In this document: piece by piece, positions 1 through 9,444 of the stretch | How the letters are laid out: the number at the start of each line of letters is the position of its first letter | Position numbering within the stretch: position 1 is the first letter of the stretch | DNA from: Candidatus Xenobia bacterium | Lineage (GTDB): Bacteria > Vulcanimicrobiota > Xenobia > Xenobiales > QWHO01 | Direction of reading: 5' to 3' | DNA: 47,608 bases | Assembly: GCA_045863235.1 (NCBI GenBank) | Contig: BTUM01000063.1 | Span: 1-47,608, forward strand | The notes under the pieces: model-generated | The model's input: only the letters and a program-made list of their open reading frames with translations | What the model was told of the DNA's origin: nothing | The model's database searches: none | Program-made: the position numbers and the translations under genes

Positions 1-2
1 GC

Positions 3-1937
3 CCCCAGGTCCCAACGCCCGATGCTGGCACCACTCGGCGCATGCAGCTCCCCGAATTTCCTGCCGGGCCGGCACCTGACGCAGCCCGGCGTGCGCAAAG
101 CCCCCAGGTTCCGGCACCTCCACCGCCCGATGCTGGCACCACTCGACGCATGCAGCTCCCCGAGTTTCCCGCCGCTCCGCCACCTGACGCAGCGCGGCGT
201 GCGCAAGGCCCCCAGGTCCCGGCACCTCCGCCCAACGCTGGCGACACACGGCGCATGCAGCTCCCCGAATTTCCCGCCACCCCGCCAGCTGGCGCCACGG
301 GGAGTGCGCAAAGCCCGCCGGCGCCTCGGCAGCCCGACGCCGGCACCACCCGGCGCATGCAGCTCCCCGAGCTTCCCTCGACCTCGCCGACCGGGCGCAA
401 GCCAGCGACCGGCTCCGAGTCGACCCCCACCTTGCGCATGCAGTCCCTTCCCGAAGCCGACACCAGCCGCAAGCAGGCAAGCTCTGAGTCGTCTCCGACG
501 TTAAGGATGCAAGCCATCCCGGACGCCGATACCAGCCAGCGCAAGCACTCGACTCCACCCGATTCGGGCACCACCCGACGCATCACAACTTTGTCCGACG
601 CCAACACGACCCAGAAAATGAACCGCGAGGAGCTGCGTCGGGAGGCAGAGAAGCGCGGTGGGCCGCAGTGGGGAAGGCCGACTCAGAAGATCCCCGACGA
701 GAATCCACCCGCCTCCGGGCCGGTCGGGTCCTACAAGGTTGGTCCCGTGGTGAAGGCCGGCGGCGGCTCGGCTGCCCCGGTGCGAGCCGCCTCTCGCCCT
801 CGCCGAGAACGAGCCGGTCAAGCCCCACCTCCGGGCTTCCTGGCCCTTCAGATGAAGCGTCTGGGCAAAACCTTCGACCCGCGCCAGCGAATCAGCCAGG
901 ACGACGTGGTCATTTTTACGCGCCAGTTCTGCGCTATGGTGACTTCCGGCCTGCAACTGCACCAGTCGCTTTACTTCTACGCAGAAAGCGAGCCCGACCA
1001 CCCCCTGGCCAAGGTGATCGGGGAAGTGGCCGAGCGGGTGGGCGAGGGCAACACGCTCTCCCACTCCATGAGCCGTTATCCGGATGTCTTCTCGGAGGTC
1101 TACATCGGGCTGATCGCGGCCGGCGAGTCGACCGGCATGCTCTCCCCCGTGCTCAGCAAACTGGCCGACCTGTCGGAGAAGAACCAGCGGATCCGAAAGA
1201 AGGTCTGGTCCACCCTCACCTATCCCATGGTGCTGCTGGCGGTTTCGTGTATGTGCGTGCTGGCCTTCCTCTATTTCGTGCTGCCGATGATGGTGCCGCT
1301 CTTCAGCACTCTCGCAGTGCAGCTGCCCCTACCCACTCGGATGCTGCTTACGCTGAGCGAGGTGATCAAGCACCCCGCTTTCCTGATAGCCGCCATCGCT
1401 GCCCCGATAGCCATGTGGATGGCCTGGCCGTTCATCAACACCATGCTGCTCAGCAATCCGGCTCGATTGCGGAGTTTACACCGCATCCCGCTGGACATTC
1501 CCCATGTAGGGAGGATGATCGAGAAGGTCATCACGGCTCGCATTCTCTTCTCCATGGCCACCTTGCTCGATTCCGGCTACGCCCTCAACGCCACCCTCGA
1601 GAAGTGCGAGAAGGTGGCTGGCAACGCCGAGATCGCCTGGAGGCTGCGCAAGGCCCGCGAGATGCTGGTGGAAGGTTGCTCGGCCGCCGAATGCCTCGGC
1701 CAGGCCCAGGTTTTCCCCAGCGGGGCCATCCAGATGATCGCCGTGGGCGAGGAAGCGGCCCACCTCTCCGAGATGATCTCGCGGGTGGCCCAGGTTTATG
1801 AGGATGACGTGGAGTTGGCCCTGCTCGACCTGGCGGCCATGCTCGAGCCGGCCATCCTGATCGGGATGGGCCTGGTGGTCGGTTTCGTGGTGCTGGCTGC
1901 GGTGCTGCCCACGGTGCAACTGCTCAACCACCTGTAA
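3..1937 (+). CDS. pilC: Type II secretion F / type IV pilus platform protein (PilC/GspF family) with Pro-rich repeat N-terminal extension; 5'-truncated by window edge
   Basis: Two T2SSF repeats: FTRQFCAMVTSGL, GESTGML..L..LA, LTYP, MIAVGEE, LEP..I..MG..VGF. Frame is open from base 3 (PQVPTPDAGTTRRM), so ATG 42 is probably internal. Confidence 0.9.
   Translation, partial: PQVPTPDAGTTRRMQLPEFPAGPAPDAARRAQSPQVPAPPPPDAGTTRRMQLPEFPAAPPPDAARRAQGPQVPAPPPNAGDTRRMQLPEFPATPPAGATGSAQSPPAPRQPDAGTTRRMQLPELPSTSPTGRKPATGSESTPTLRMQSLPEADTSRKQASSESSPTLRMQAIPDADTSQRKHSTPPDSGTTRRITTLSDANTTQKMNREELRREAEKRGGPQWGRPTQKIPDENPPASGPVGSYKVGPVVKAGGGSAAPVRAASRPRRERAGQAPPPGFLALQMKRLGKTFDPRQRISQDDVVIFTRQFCAMVTSGLQLHQSLYFYAESEPDHPLAKVIGEVAERVGEGNTLSHSMSRYPDVFSEVYIGLIAAGESTGMLSPVLSKLADLSEKNQRIRKKVWSTLTYPMVLLAVSCMCVLAFLYFVLPMMVPLFSTLAVQLPLPTRMLLTLSEVIKHPAFLIAAIAAPIAMWMAWPFINTMLLSNPARLRSLHRIPLDIPHVGRMIEKVITARILFSMATLLDSGYALNATLEKCEKVAGNAEIAWRLRKAREMLVEGCSAAECLGQAQVFPSGAIQMIAVGEEAAHLSEMISRVAQVYEDDVELALLDLAAMLEPAILIGMGLVVGFVVLAAVLPTVQLLNHL
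21..440 (+). repeat. Intragenic tandem repeat, about 102-108 bp unit, encoding DAGTTRRMQLPEFP...
   Basis: gatgctggcaccactcg(g/a)cgcatgcagctccccga at 21 and 129 (108 bp apart), with further degenerate copies near 234 and 336; unit lengths keep the frame. Confidence 0.9.
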
Positions 1938-1940
1938 AGC

Positions 1941-2034
1941 TTCCGGCACAATCGTCAGATTGTGGCGATGTGCAAGACCCCATTAACGTAGCTCTAACGC
2001 CTTACCAATGCGACTCTCACACCGATGGTGTAAG
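1941..2034. other. Candidate structured non-coding element, copy A
   Basis: Palindrome cacaatc-gtca-gattgtg (1947-1964), imperfect inverted pair gtcagattg (1954-1962)/caatgcgac (2006-2014), hairpin ctcacacc-gat-ggtgtaag (2016-2034); shares motifs with 10444-10570. Confidence 0.4.
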
Positions 2035-2122
2035 CTGAAAGCGAAGAAAGAGGTGAGAGCGGAATAAAGGCCACCCAACATAGTGGACTGAGTGCAACCG
2101 AGCTGCGAACACGCATCTCGCC

Positions 2123-2153
2123 AAAGAAACGAGCCCCCACCCCGCGGGGCTCG
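2123..2153 (-). terminator. Rho-independent terminator after XRE gene
   Basis: Stem cgagcccc (2130-2137)/ggggctcg (2146-2153), followed on the minus strand by TTTCTTT; 8 bp after the XRE stop. Confidence 0.75.
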
Positions 2154-2161
2154 AACCATTC

Positions 2162-2728
2162 TCAGCGCGAGTCTTCCTGGGAAGCACGCCGCTCAGCGTT
2201 GTAGAGTCCATGGGCGATCATCTCGATGGACTCCTCGTCGAGCTCGTTGGAGACCTTGTTCTCGCGGGCCAGAATGGCCCGAGCGCGGGCCCGGTAAAAG
2301 CCCAGATCGACGACGTCGGCCACCCGACCCTGACCCTGTGCCTCACCGGTCGTCGCCGAAGCTTCCTGGCGGGGCAACTCGTGGGAGCTGGCCGGCCCAC
2401 CGGTGACGCGCAGGAACTGGCTCGAGACCGCCTCCACCAGCATGCGCATCCGCTCGAGATTCTTCAGGCTGGCCTCGGCTTCTTCCAGGCTGATGCCCTC
2501 AGGCCGTTCTCCAAGGAACCACCAGAGGGGTTTATCCAGCACCCGGGTCAGGCGGAGCAGCATCGCCACGGTCAACTCCCGGCGACCGGTGAGATATTCA
2601 CCCACTTCTTGTGGACTGCAGCCAACCTCGGCGGCCAACTCTTGAGTTGACTTGCCGGTGGACACATGGGCCCGGTGCAATCGCGAACGGATCAGACCGA
2701 CTTTTTCCTGAACAGCTTCCTCGTACAT
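2162..2728 (-). CDS. XRE-family helix-turn-helix transcriptional regulator
   Basis: STQELAAEVGCSPQEVGEYLTGRRELTVAMLLRLTRVLDKPLWWFLG is a typical HTH_3 pattern; C-terminal helical extension. Confidence 0.8.
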   Translation of the reverse strand: MYEEAVQEKVGLIRSRLHRAHVSTGKSTQELAAEVGCSPQEVGEYLTGRRELTVAMLLRLTRVLDKPLWWFLGERPEGISLEEAEASLKNLERMRMLVEAVSSQFLRVTGGPASSHELPRQEASATTGEAQGQGRVADVVDLGFYRARARAILARENKVSNELDEESIEMIAHGLYNAERRASQEDSR

Positions 2729-2777
2729 GGGGCTCTCGCTTCGACGCCCACCCCGCCGCGCCTTTCCGAACGCCAGT

Positions 2778-4199
2778 TCAGCGTCTGATAGCCAGCAGTC
2801 GAATGTCGCTCATCTCCTCCATGGCATAGCGCACCCCCTCCCGCCCGAAACCACTGGCTTTTACTCCCCCGTAAGGCATATTGTCCACCCGAAAGGTGGG
2901 GTAATCGTTGACCACGATCCCTCCGAACTCGAGCAGGTCAAACGATTGCAGAACCCGCTCGAGATCGCGGGTGAACACCCCGACCTGCAGCCCGAAGGGC
3001 GAGTCGTTGGCTCGGGCCAGCGCCTCGTCGAAATCCTCGTAAGGGGCCACCACGGTGACAGGACCAAATACCTCACAGCGGCTCACCTCGGCTTCCGGGG
3101 GCACGTTTTCGAGCACGGTGGGGCTATAGAAGGGGGAATCTGCCACCCCACCGCACACCACGCGAGCTCCGCCCGCGCGGGCCTTATCGACCCAATCCGC
3201 AATGCGCTCAACCTCCCGGGGATGGATGAGGGGGCCGCACACGGTGCGCTCCTCGCTCGGGTCGCCCACCGGCAATTGCTCCACCGAGTGTCGATAGCGC
3301 TCGAGGAACTCGCTGTAGATCGGACGGTGCACCAGAACCCGCTGGACCGAGATGCAAACCTGACCGGCGTAAGAGTAGCCCCCCACGGCCAGGCGGGGGA
3401 CGGCAAAGTCCAGGTCGGCGTCGGAGTGAACCACCACCGGGGCGTTCCCGCCTAGCTCCAGCAAAACTTTCCGGGGGCCGGCACGGGCCTTGAGCTGCCA
3501 GCCGACTTTGTCCGAGCCGGTGAAACTGAGCACCCGCAAACGGTCGTCCTCCAGCATGAGGGGGGCATGGACGTTGTCCATGGGCAGCACCGACAACCAG
3601 CCCGAAGGCACGCCGGCGGCTCGGGCCACCTCGGCAAGTTTGAGGGCCGTCAGGGGGGTGGCAGGAGCCGGCTTGGCCACCACGGGGCAGCCTGCGGCCA
3701 ATCCAGGAGCCACCTTGTGGGCCACCAGGTTGAGCGGAAAGTTGAAGGGTGAGATGGCCGCCACCGGGCCGGCAGGAACCCGCCGGCTGAAGCCCAGGTA
3801 GCCCTGGCCAGCCGCGGCCGCGTCCAGAGGGACCTCCTCTCCCGCAAAGACCAGGGCCTCGGCGGCCGCCAGCGAGAAAGTTGCGATGGCTCTCTGCACC
3901 TCGGCCCGAGCATACTGCACCGGCTTACCGGCTTCGGCTACGATCAGGCGCGTGAACTCGTCGGCCTCGGCGGTGATGCCCTGCGCGATGGCCTGCAGCC
4001 AGGCCGAGCGCTGCTGGCGAGTCGCCCCCTGGCGCCAGGCGGACTCGGCCAGGGCGGCGGCTCGGGAAAGCTCCTCGGGACCGGCCTGGCAAACCCGGGC
4101 GAATTCCTCGCGGTTGTAAGGATTGACCACGGAAGCGACCGAGTCGGTCTTGACCGCGTCGGCTCCGATGTAGCATGGATACAGGGTCGTGGTGCTCAT
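2778..4199 (-). CDS. NAD(P)-dependent aldehyde dehydrogenase (GapN/lactaldehyde-DH-like subgroup)
   Basis: ISPFNFPLNL, FTGS, LELGGNAP, catalytic AGQVCIS, EVFGP, PYGGVKASGFGREG. Start moved to ATG 4199 (MSTTTLYP) to avoid overlap with the divergent gene. Confidence 0.92.
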   Translation of the reverse strand: MSTTTLYPCYIGADAVKTDSVASVVNPYNREEFARVCQAGPEELSRAAALAESAWRQGATRQQRSAWLQAIAQGITAEADEFTRLIVAEAGKPVQYARAEVQRAIATFSLAAAEALVFAGEEVPLDAAAAGQGYLGFSRRVPAGPVAAISPFNFPLNLVAHKVAPGLAAGCPVVAKPAPATPLTALKLAEVARAAGVPSGWLSVLPMDNVHAPLMLEDDRLRVLSFTGSDKVGWQLKARAGPRKVLLELGGNAPVVVHSDADLDFAVPRLAVGGYSYAGQVCISVQRVLVHRPIYSEFLERYRHSVEQLPVGDPSEERTVCGPLIHPREVERIADWVDKARAGGARVVCGGVADSPFYSPTVLENVPPEAEVSRCEVFGPVTVVAPYEDFDEALARANDSPFGLQVGVFTRDLERVLQSFDLLEFGGIVVNDYPTFRVDNMPYGGVKASGFGREGVRYAMEEMSDIRLLAIRR

Positions 4200-4251
4200 C
4201 AACAGGGGTTCTCGCGTGCGCATCCGACAGCCTGCCTGAAGGAGCAACCTT

Positions 4252-5547
4252 ATGCCGCGCCTGTCCGACCACTTCAAGAGCCGCCAGCCCTCATCCATCC
4301 GGCTCGCCTCCATCAAATTCGCCGCCCGCCAGGATGGCACCCAGGCCGTCAACGTGGCCATCGGCAACGTCTGCCTGCCCATGCACCCGGCCATGATCGA
4401 GCGACTGCACCGGCTCGAGCGCACCTTTTCGGACGGGGTGGTCAAGTACACCGCCACGGTGGGCACCGACGAATGCCGTCAGGCCTTTCTCAACGTGATC
4501 GCCGCCAGCGGTTGCGCGACCGAGGGCTTGCACGTGCAAGTGACCGATGGGGGCAGCCAGGCCATGGAGCTGGTCACCCTGGGCGTGTGCGGGCCGGCCG
4601 GTAGCTCCGAGCGTCCCCTGCTCCTGATCGAGGCCGCCTACACGAACTACATCGCCTTCGCCAGCCGATTGGGCCGGGCCACCGTCTCCATCTGCCGCCA
4701 ACTCGACGACGATGGCCGCCTCAGCTTGCCCGAGCCGGCCGCCATCGAGCAGCGCATCCTTCAGACTCGCCCCGGAGCTCTGGTGGTCATCCCCTACGAC
4801 AACCCTACCGGCCACTTCTATGATCAGGAAACGCTGGTCGAGTTGGCCCGACTGTGCGTCAAGCACGACTTGTGGCTGATCTCCGATGAGGCCTATCGCG
4901 AGTTGCATTATACCGGAGCGCGAACCTCCAGTGTGTGGGCCATCACCGAGGCAGAAGTGCCCGGCATCACCGGTCGGCGGATCAGCCTGGAAACGGCTTC
5001 CAAGGTCTGGAACGCCTGCGGCCTGCGCATCGGAGCGCTGGTGACCGACAACCTCGAGTTTCACACTCAGAGCGTGGCCGAGAACACCGCCAGCCTGTGC
5101 TCCAACACACTGGGACAGCACATTTTCGGGGCTCTGGCTCAAGTCGACCATCCCACCCTGCAGGACTGGTTCGGTCGCCAGCGGGCCTACTATTTCAAGA
5201 TGATGCAGGAGTTCACCCGGCGCACCCGCGAGCTCAACCCCGACTTGATCGTATCCCGGCCCGACGCAGCCCTCTACAGCATCGTGGACGTACGGCGGGT
5301 GGACCCGAACTTCGATGCGCAGGACTTCGTGCTCTACTGCGCTACTGAGGGCTATGTCGAGCTCAACGGCCAGAAGCTCACCCTGTTGACCGCTCCGATG
5401 GACGGGTTCTATTCGGTCGAGCCCAATCCCGGGCGCACCCAGATGCGGGTAGCTTACGTGGAGACGCCCGAGCGGATGCAACTGGTGCCTGAGCTTCTCA
5501 CGGCACTGCTGGGTCAGTACCTGCAGCGAAAGATGGCCAGAATTTGA
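4252..5547 (+). CDS. PLP-dependent aminotransferase class I/II
   Basis: VTDGGSQA, PYDNPTG, ISDEAY, SKVWNACGLRIG (PLP lysine); GAAGGAG ribosome-binding site upstream. Confidence 0.88.
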   Translation: MPRLSDHFKSRQPSSIRLASIKFAARQDGTQAVNVAIGNVCLPMHPAMIERLHRLERTFSDGVVKYTATVGTDECRQAFLNVIAASGCATEGLHVQVTDGGSQAMELVTLGVCGPAGSSERPLLLIEAAYTNYIAFASRLGRATVSICRQLDDDGRLSLPEPAAIEQRILQTRPGALVVIPYDNPTGHFYDQETLVELARLCVKHDLWLISDEAYRELHYTGARTSSVWAITEAEVPGITGRRISLETASKVWNACGLRIGALVTDNLEFHTQSVAENTASLCSNTLGQHIFGALAQVDHPTLQDWFGRQRAYYFKMMQEFTRRTRELNPDLIVSRPDAALYSIVDVRRVDPNFDAQDFVLYCATEGYVELNGQKLTLLTAPMDGFYSVEPNPGRTQMRVAYVETPERMQLVPELLTALLGQYLQRKMARI

Positions 5548-5654
5548 GTTCGGCCGACAGACAAGCACGGCGCCTCCAAAAGGAGAGGATCCGGCCAGCG
5601 AGGTGCAGAAGCGCGCGGCTGCCTTACGAAGTTCATTAAGGAGTCAGATATCGA

Positions 5655-6167
5655 ATGCTTTTGAAAGACGGCCTGCTCGAGCCTCTCAACCAGCAGATCA
5701 CCAACGAATTCCACGCCCACACGCAGTACGTGGCGATCGCCACCTACTTCGACGACCAGGGCCTACCGGAGCTGGCGGGCCATTTCTACAAACAGTCGGA
5801 AGAAGAGCGCGACCACGCCATGAAGTTCGTGCGCTACATCCTGGACGCCGGGGCTCGACCCACCATCACCGGCATTCCCGACATCAAGAACGACTTCAGC
5901 TCGGCTTCCGAGGCGGTCAAGTACGCTCTCGATCAAGAGCTGAAGGTCACCGAGCAGATCAACGACCTCGTGCGTCGGGCCATCGAGAAGTCGGACTACA
6001 CCACCCACACCTTCTTGCAGTGGTTTGTGACCGAGCAGGTGGAGGAGGTCAGCTCCATGAGCAACCTGCTCCAGATCATCAAGCACGCGGGCAACAGCCT
6101 GCTGCTGGTGGAAGATTACGTGCGCCGGCAGGGCGGAGGCCACGGCGGCGACAGCAGCGCCACCTGA
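5655..6167 (+). CDS. ftnA: Non-heme ferritin
   Basis: LNQQITNE, QSEEERDHAMKF, QELKVTEQINDL, DYTTHTFLQWFVTEQVEE ferroxidase motifs; AAGGAG RBS. Confidence 0.92.
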   Translation: MLLKDGLLEPLNQQITNEFHAHTQYVAIATYFDDQGLPELAGHFYKQSEEERDHAMKFVRYILDAGARPTITGIPDIKNDFSSASEAVKYALDQELKVTEQINDLVRRAIEKSDYTTHTFLQWFVTEQVEEVSSMSNLLQIIKHAGNSLLLVEDYVRRQGGGHGGDSSAT

Positions 6168-6183
6168 TCGCACTGGCGGTCGG

Positions 6184-6217
6184 AGAGCCCTCGCTTGAGC
6201 GAGGGCTCTTTCTGTTT
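6184..6217 (+). terminator. Rho-independent terminator after ferritin
   Basis: Perfect inverted repeat agagccctcgct/agcgagggctct followed by ttctgttt. Confidence 0.85.
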
Positions 6218-6310
6218 GCTCGCTGGATTCCAGGATACCAGGTGCGGAGCCAGAAACTTTCCGGGGTTGGGCCTGTCCTATCTGCCATCACCCAGGGGAG
6301 GAACTCCAAC

Positions 6311-8155
6311 GTGAAGCGCTACTTCGCCACATTCGTCTGCCTGCTCATGCTCGGGCTGCAGGCGCCGGCCCAGCCCCCGCCCCAAGACCAGCAGCTTCCC
6401 TACCGGCAGGCCGGCCTGACCGAGCGCCAGGCGGCCGCCCACCTGCTCGACCGGTTGGCCTACGGCCCCCGCCCGGGGGACATCGACCGGGTGGTCAAGA
6501 TGGGCCTGGAGCGTTGGGTGGAGCAACAGCTGGCCGGCAACCTGCCGGAGAACCCGGCCCTGACGAGCCGCCTTCAGTCGATGCCGGCCATGGCCCTGAC
6601 GGCCGAGCAACTCGTCGAGAAGTATCCCCCGCTGCCCAAGGTGCGCCAGGAAGCCATGCAGGCGGGGGTGATCACGAAAGACGACAAGGAGGACCTGGGT
6701 AACAAGGCTTACCGCCAGAAGCTAATCCGCTTCGGGCTGGAGCGCGGCTACCGCCCTGGTCGCGAGCTCAACCAGCAGCTGGTAGCCCAGAAAATCCTGC
6801 GGGCGGTCTACGGACAGAACCAGCTCAGCGAGGTGCTGACCGACTTCTGGTTCAACCACTTCAACGTCTCGCTGACCGACAACCAGTGCCGCCTCCAGAT
6901 CTTCAGCTACGAGCGCGACGCCATTCGCCCCCGCGTATTGGGCAGCTTCCGAAGCCTCCTGGGCGCGACCGCCAAACACCCGGCCATGCTGCTCTACCTC
7001 GACAACGCCCAGTCCACCGCCTCCAAGGGGGCTACCACCACTCTGGACGACAAGATGGAGCAGCTTCCCCCACGAATGCAGGCCCAGGCTCGCCAGAAGG
7101 CCGAGCAGCTCAAGAAGCGCCGAGCCCAGGGCATCAATGAGAACTATGCCCGCGAGCTGATGGAGCTCCACACGCTGGGGGTGGACGGCGGCTACACCCA
7201 GAAAGACGTGCAGGAGCTGGCCCGGATCCTGACCGGCTGGACCGTCAATCCGGCCGTCATCGGGCGCAAGCTGCCCCAGCTCGAGCGGGCCAAGAAGGTG
7301 GGCGCCGTGATCGACGGCAGCTTCCTGTTCCGGCCGGACGCCCACGACTCGGGCCCCAAAGTGGTGCTGGGACGCACCTTCCCGGCCGGCCGGGGCCTGG
7401 AGGAAGGCGAGCAAGCCCTGGACTTGCTGGCGAGCCATCCGTCCACCGCCCGCTTCGTGACCGGCAAGCTGGCCCGCTGGTTCGTCTCCGACAACCCGCC
7501 CGCCGGTCTGGAGAAGCGCCTGGCGGCCACCTTCCAGTCCAGCCGAGGCGACATGCGGCAGGTGATGCGCACGCTTATCTACTCTCCCGAGTTCTGGAGC
7601 GCCGAGGCGCGGCGCTCGAAGATCAAGTCGCCCTTCGAGCTGGCCGTCAGCTCGCTGCGGGCGCTGGACGCCGAAGTTGCTCCCTCGCGCGAGCTCTATG
7701 ACTGGATCACCGACATGGGTCAGCCCCTCTACGCCTATCAGGCCCCCACCGGCTTTCCCGACCGTAGCGAGAACTGGGTGAACCCCGGGCTCCTCTTGAC
7801 CAGGATGAACTTCGCTCTGAGCCTGGCCTCGCGCCAGGTGCCCGGGGTCAAGTTCGACCTGGCCCGGCTCAATGGCGGCAAGAAGCCCGCCAGCGTGAAC
7901 CAGGCCCTGGAGAGCTACGCCCGCGTGCTCTTGCCCGAGCGGGACCACAAGAACGTGGTGGCCCTGCTCGGCCCCAAGGTCAACGATCCCGAGTTCGCTC
8001 GCAAGGTGGCCCAGGCCGACCAGCCGACCACCGAGGCTCCCGTCATCGATGAGGAGGCCCCAAGGCGGGCACGCAAGGTGCTCACCGGCCCGGTGGAGCC
8101 CGTGGCCCAGGTCGTGGGCATCATCCTCGGCTCGCCCGAGTTTCAGAGACAGTAG
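6311..8155 (+). CDS. DUF1800 family exported protein
   Basis: AAHLLDRLAYGPRPG, FWFNHFNV, HPAMLLYLDN, NENYARELMELHTLG, GSPEFQ; signal peptide after GTG 6311 with GGAGG RBS. Confidence 0.9.
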   Translation: MKRYFATFVCLLMLGLQAPAQPPPQDQQLPYRQAGLTERQAAAHLLDRLAYGPRPGDIDRVVKMGLERWVEQQLAGNLPENPALTSRLQSMPAMALTAEQLVEKYPPLPKVRQEAMQAGVITKDDKEDLGNKAYRQKLIRFGLERGYRPGRELNQQLVAQKILRAVYGQNQLSEVLTDFWFNHFNVSLTDNQCRLQIFSYERDAIRPRVLGSFRSLLGATAKHPAMLLYLDNAQSTASKGATTTLDDKMEQLPPRMQAQARQKAEQLKKRRAQGINENYARELMELHTLGVDGGYTQKDVQELARILTGWTVNPAVIGRKLPQLERAKKVGAVIDGSFLFRPDAHDSGPKVVLGRTFPAGRGLEEGEQALDLLASHPSTARFVTGKLARWFVSDNPPAGLEKRLAATFQSSRGDMRQVMRTLIYSPEFWSAEARRSKIKSPFELAVSSLRALDAEVAPSRELYDWITDMGQPLYAYQAPTGFPDRSENWVNPGLLLTRMNFALSLASRQVPGVKFDLARLNGGKKPASVNQALESYARVLLPERDHKNVVALLGPKVNDPEFARKVAQADQPTTEAPVIDEEAPRRARKVLTGPVEPVAQVVGIILGSPEFQRQ

Positions 8156-8164
8156 GAGGTCAAG

Positions 8165-9400
8165 ATGTGGAGTCGTCGCGCCTTTCTCAAAGCCGGAGCG
8201 GTGGGAATGTTCTCGCTCACGCTGGGTGGCACGCCCACCTTCCTGGGCCGGGCGGCCCTGGCGGCCACCAGCAAGAAACCCCAGACGCTGGTGTGCATCT
8301 TCCAACGAGGGGCCATGGACGGGCTGATGGCAGTGACCCCCTTCAACGACCCCAACCTGCGCACTCTGCGTCCTCGCATCGCGATGAGCGTGGGCCCGGG
8401 TCAGTTGATCGATCTGGACGGCCGCTTCGGGCTGCACCCCGGCTTCGCCGGTCTGGAACGCTTCTATCGTGAGGGACGACTGGCCATCGTGCACGGCATG
8501 GGCTCGCCCGACAACACCCGCTCGCACTTTGACGCCCAGGACTACATGGAGACAGGCACCCCCGGCCGCAAAGGCACTCGCTCGGGCTGGCTCAACCGGG
8601 CCGCCGGTCTCATGGGCCACGATCACACCCCCTTCTCCTGCGTCTCGCTCACCTCGGCCATGCCTCGTTCTCTGTATGGCGACTTCCCCGCCCTGGCGGT
8701 GAGCGACCTGGCCAGCTTCGGCGTGCAGGAGGCGCCGGCCAGCAAGGTCAGCGCTGGCCAGAGCCTGGAGGCACTCTACAACAACACCACCCAGGACCTG
8801 CTCAAGGGAGCCGGCCAGGACAGCTTCCAGGCCGTCAAGCAGCTCAGTCGCGAGGCTGTTCGCACCTATCGACCCGCCAACGGAGCCGTCTATCCCAACG
8901 GCAACCTGGGCCAGAGCCTCAGGCAGATCGCCTACCTGATCAAGTCAGGATTGGGCCTGGAGATCGCTTTTACCGAGTCAGCCGGCTGGGATACCCACGT
9001 CAACCAGGGCACCGGCCAGGGCACGTTCTTCCAGAGAGCCAACGAGCTGGCCAACTCGATTTCCGCCTTCTGGACCGACCTGGGCTCGGCCTATCAAGAC
9101 CACGTGTGCGTAATGACCATGACCGAGTTCGGACGCACCTGCGGGGAGAATGGCTCAGGCGGCACCGACCACGGGCGCGGCTCGTGCATGTTCGTTCTGG
9201 GCAACAAGGTGAAGGGTCGCCAGGTCTACGGGCAAGTTCCCACCCTGGCCCGCGAGAACCTGGAGGACCAGCGCGACCTGCCCGTGACGACTGATTTTCG
9301 GGCCATCTTCAGCGAGGTCGCCGCCAAGCACCTCAAGGTGCCGGCCGGCCAGGAGCTCTTCCCCGGATGGAACGGGACCCGTCTGACCCTGATGAGCTGA
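8165..9400 (+). CDS. DUF1501 family protein with Tat signal
   Basis: SRRAFLK twin-arginine motif, RGAMDGL, RSHFDAQ, GWDTH, EFGRT..ENG..GTDHG; usual partner of DUF1800. Confidence 0.9.
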   Translation: MWSRRAFLKAGAVGMFSLTLGGTPTFLGRAALAATSKKPQTLVCIFQRGAMDGLMAVTPFNDPNLRTLRPRIAMSVGPGQLIDLDGRFGLHPGFAGLERFYREGRLAIVHGMGSPDNTRSHFDAQDYMETGTPGRKGTRSGWLNRAAGLMGHDHTPFSCVSLTSAMPRSLYGDFPALAVSDLASFGVQEAPASKVSAGQSLEALYNNTTQDLLKGAGQDSFQAVKQLSREAVRTYRPANGAVYPNGNLGQSLRQIAYLIKSGLGLEIAFTESAGWDTHVNQGTGQGTFFQRANELANSISAFWTDLGSAYQDHVCVMTMTEFGRTCGENGSGGTDHGRGSCMFVLGNKVKGRQVYGQVPTLARENLEDQRDLPVTTDFRAIFSEVAAKHLKVPAGQELFPGWNGTRLTLMS

Positions 9401-9444
9401 ACTGAACAAGAAGGAACCCCCACGGCCGGGTCTAACCGGCAAGG

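Noticed and set aside
21..440. Regularly spaced repeats as a CRISPR array
   Set aside because: Units are over 100 bp, in frame, with synonymous variation and related spacers; they encode a peptide repeat, and no cas genes are present.
2017..2211. 64-aa minus-strand ORF
   Set aside because: Overlaps the XRE 3' end, crosses its terminator and has no coding-like composition.
5603..6310. N-terminal extension of the 850-aa ORF (apparent ferritin overlap or fusion)
   Set aside because: Off-frame read-through of ferritin and its terminator; the DUF1800 gene has its own RBS, GTG and signal peptide at 6311.
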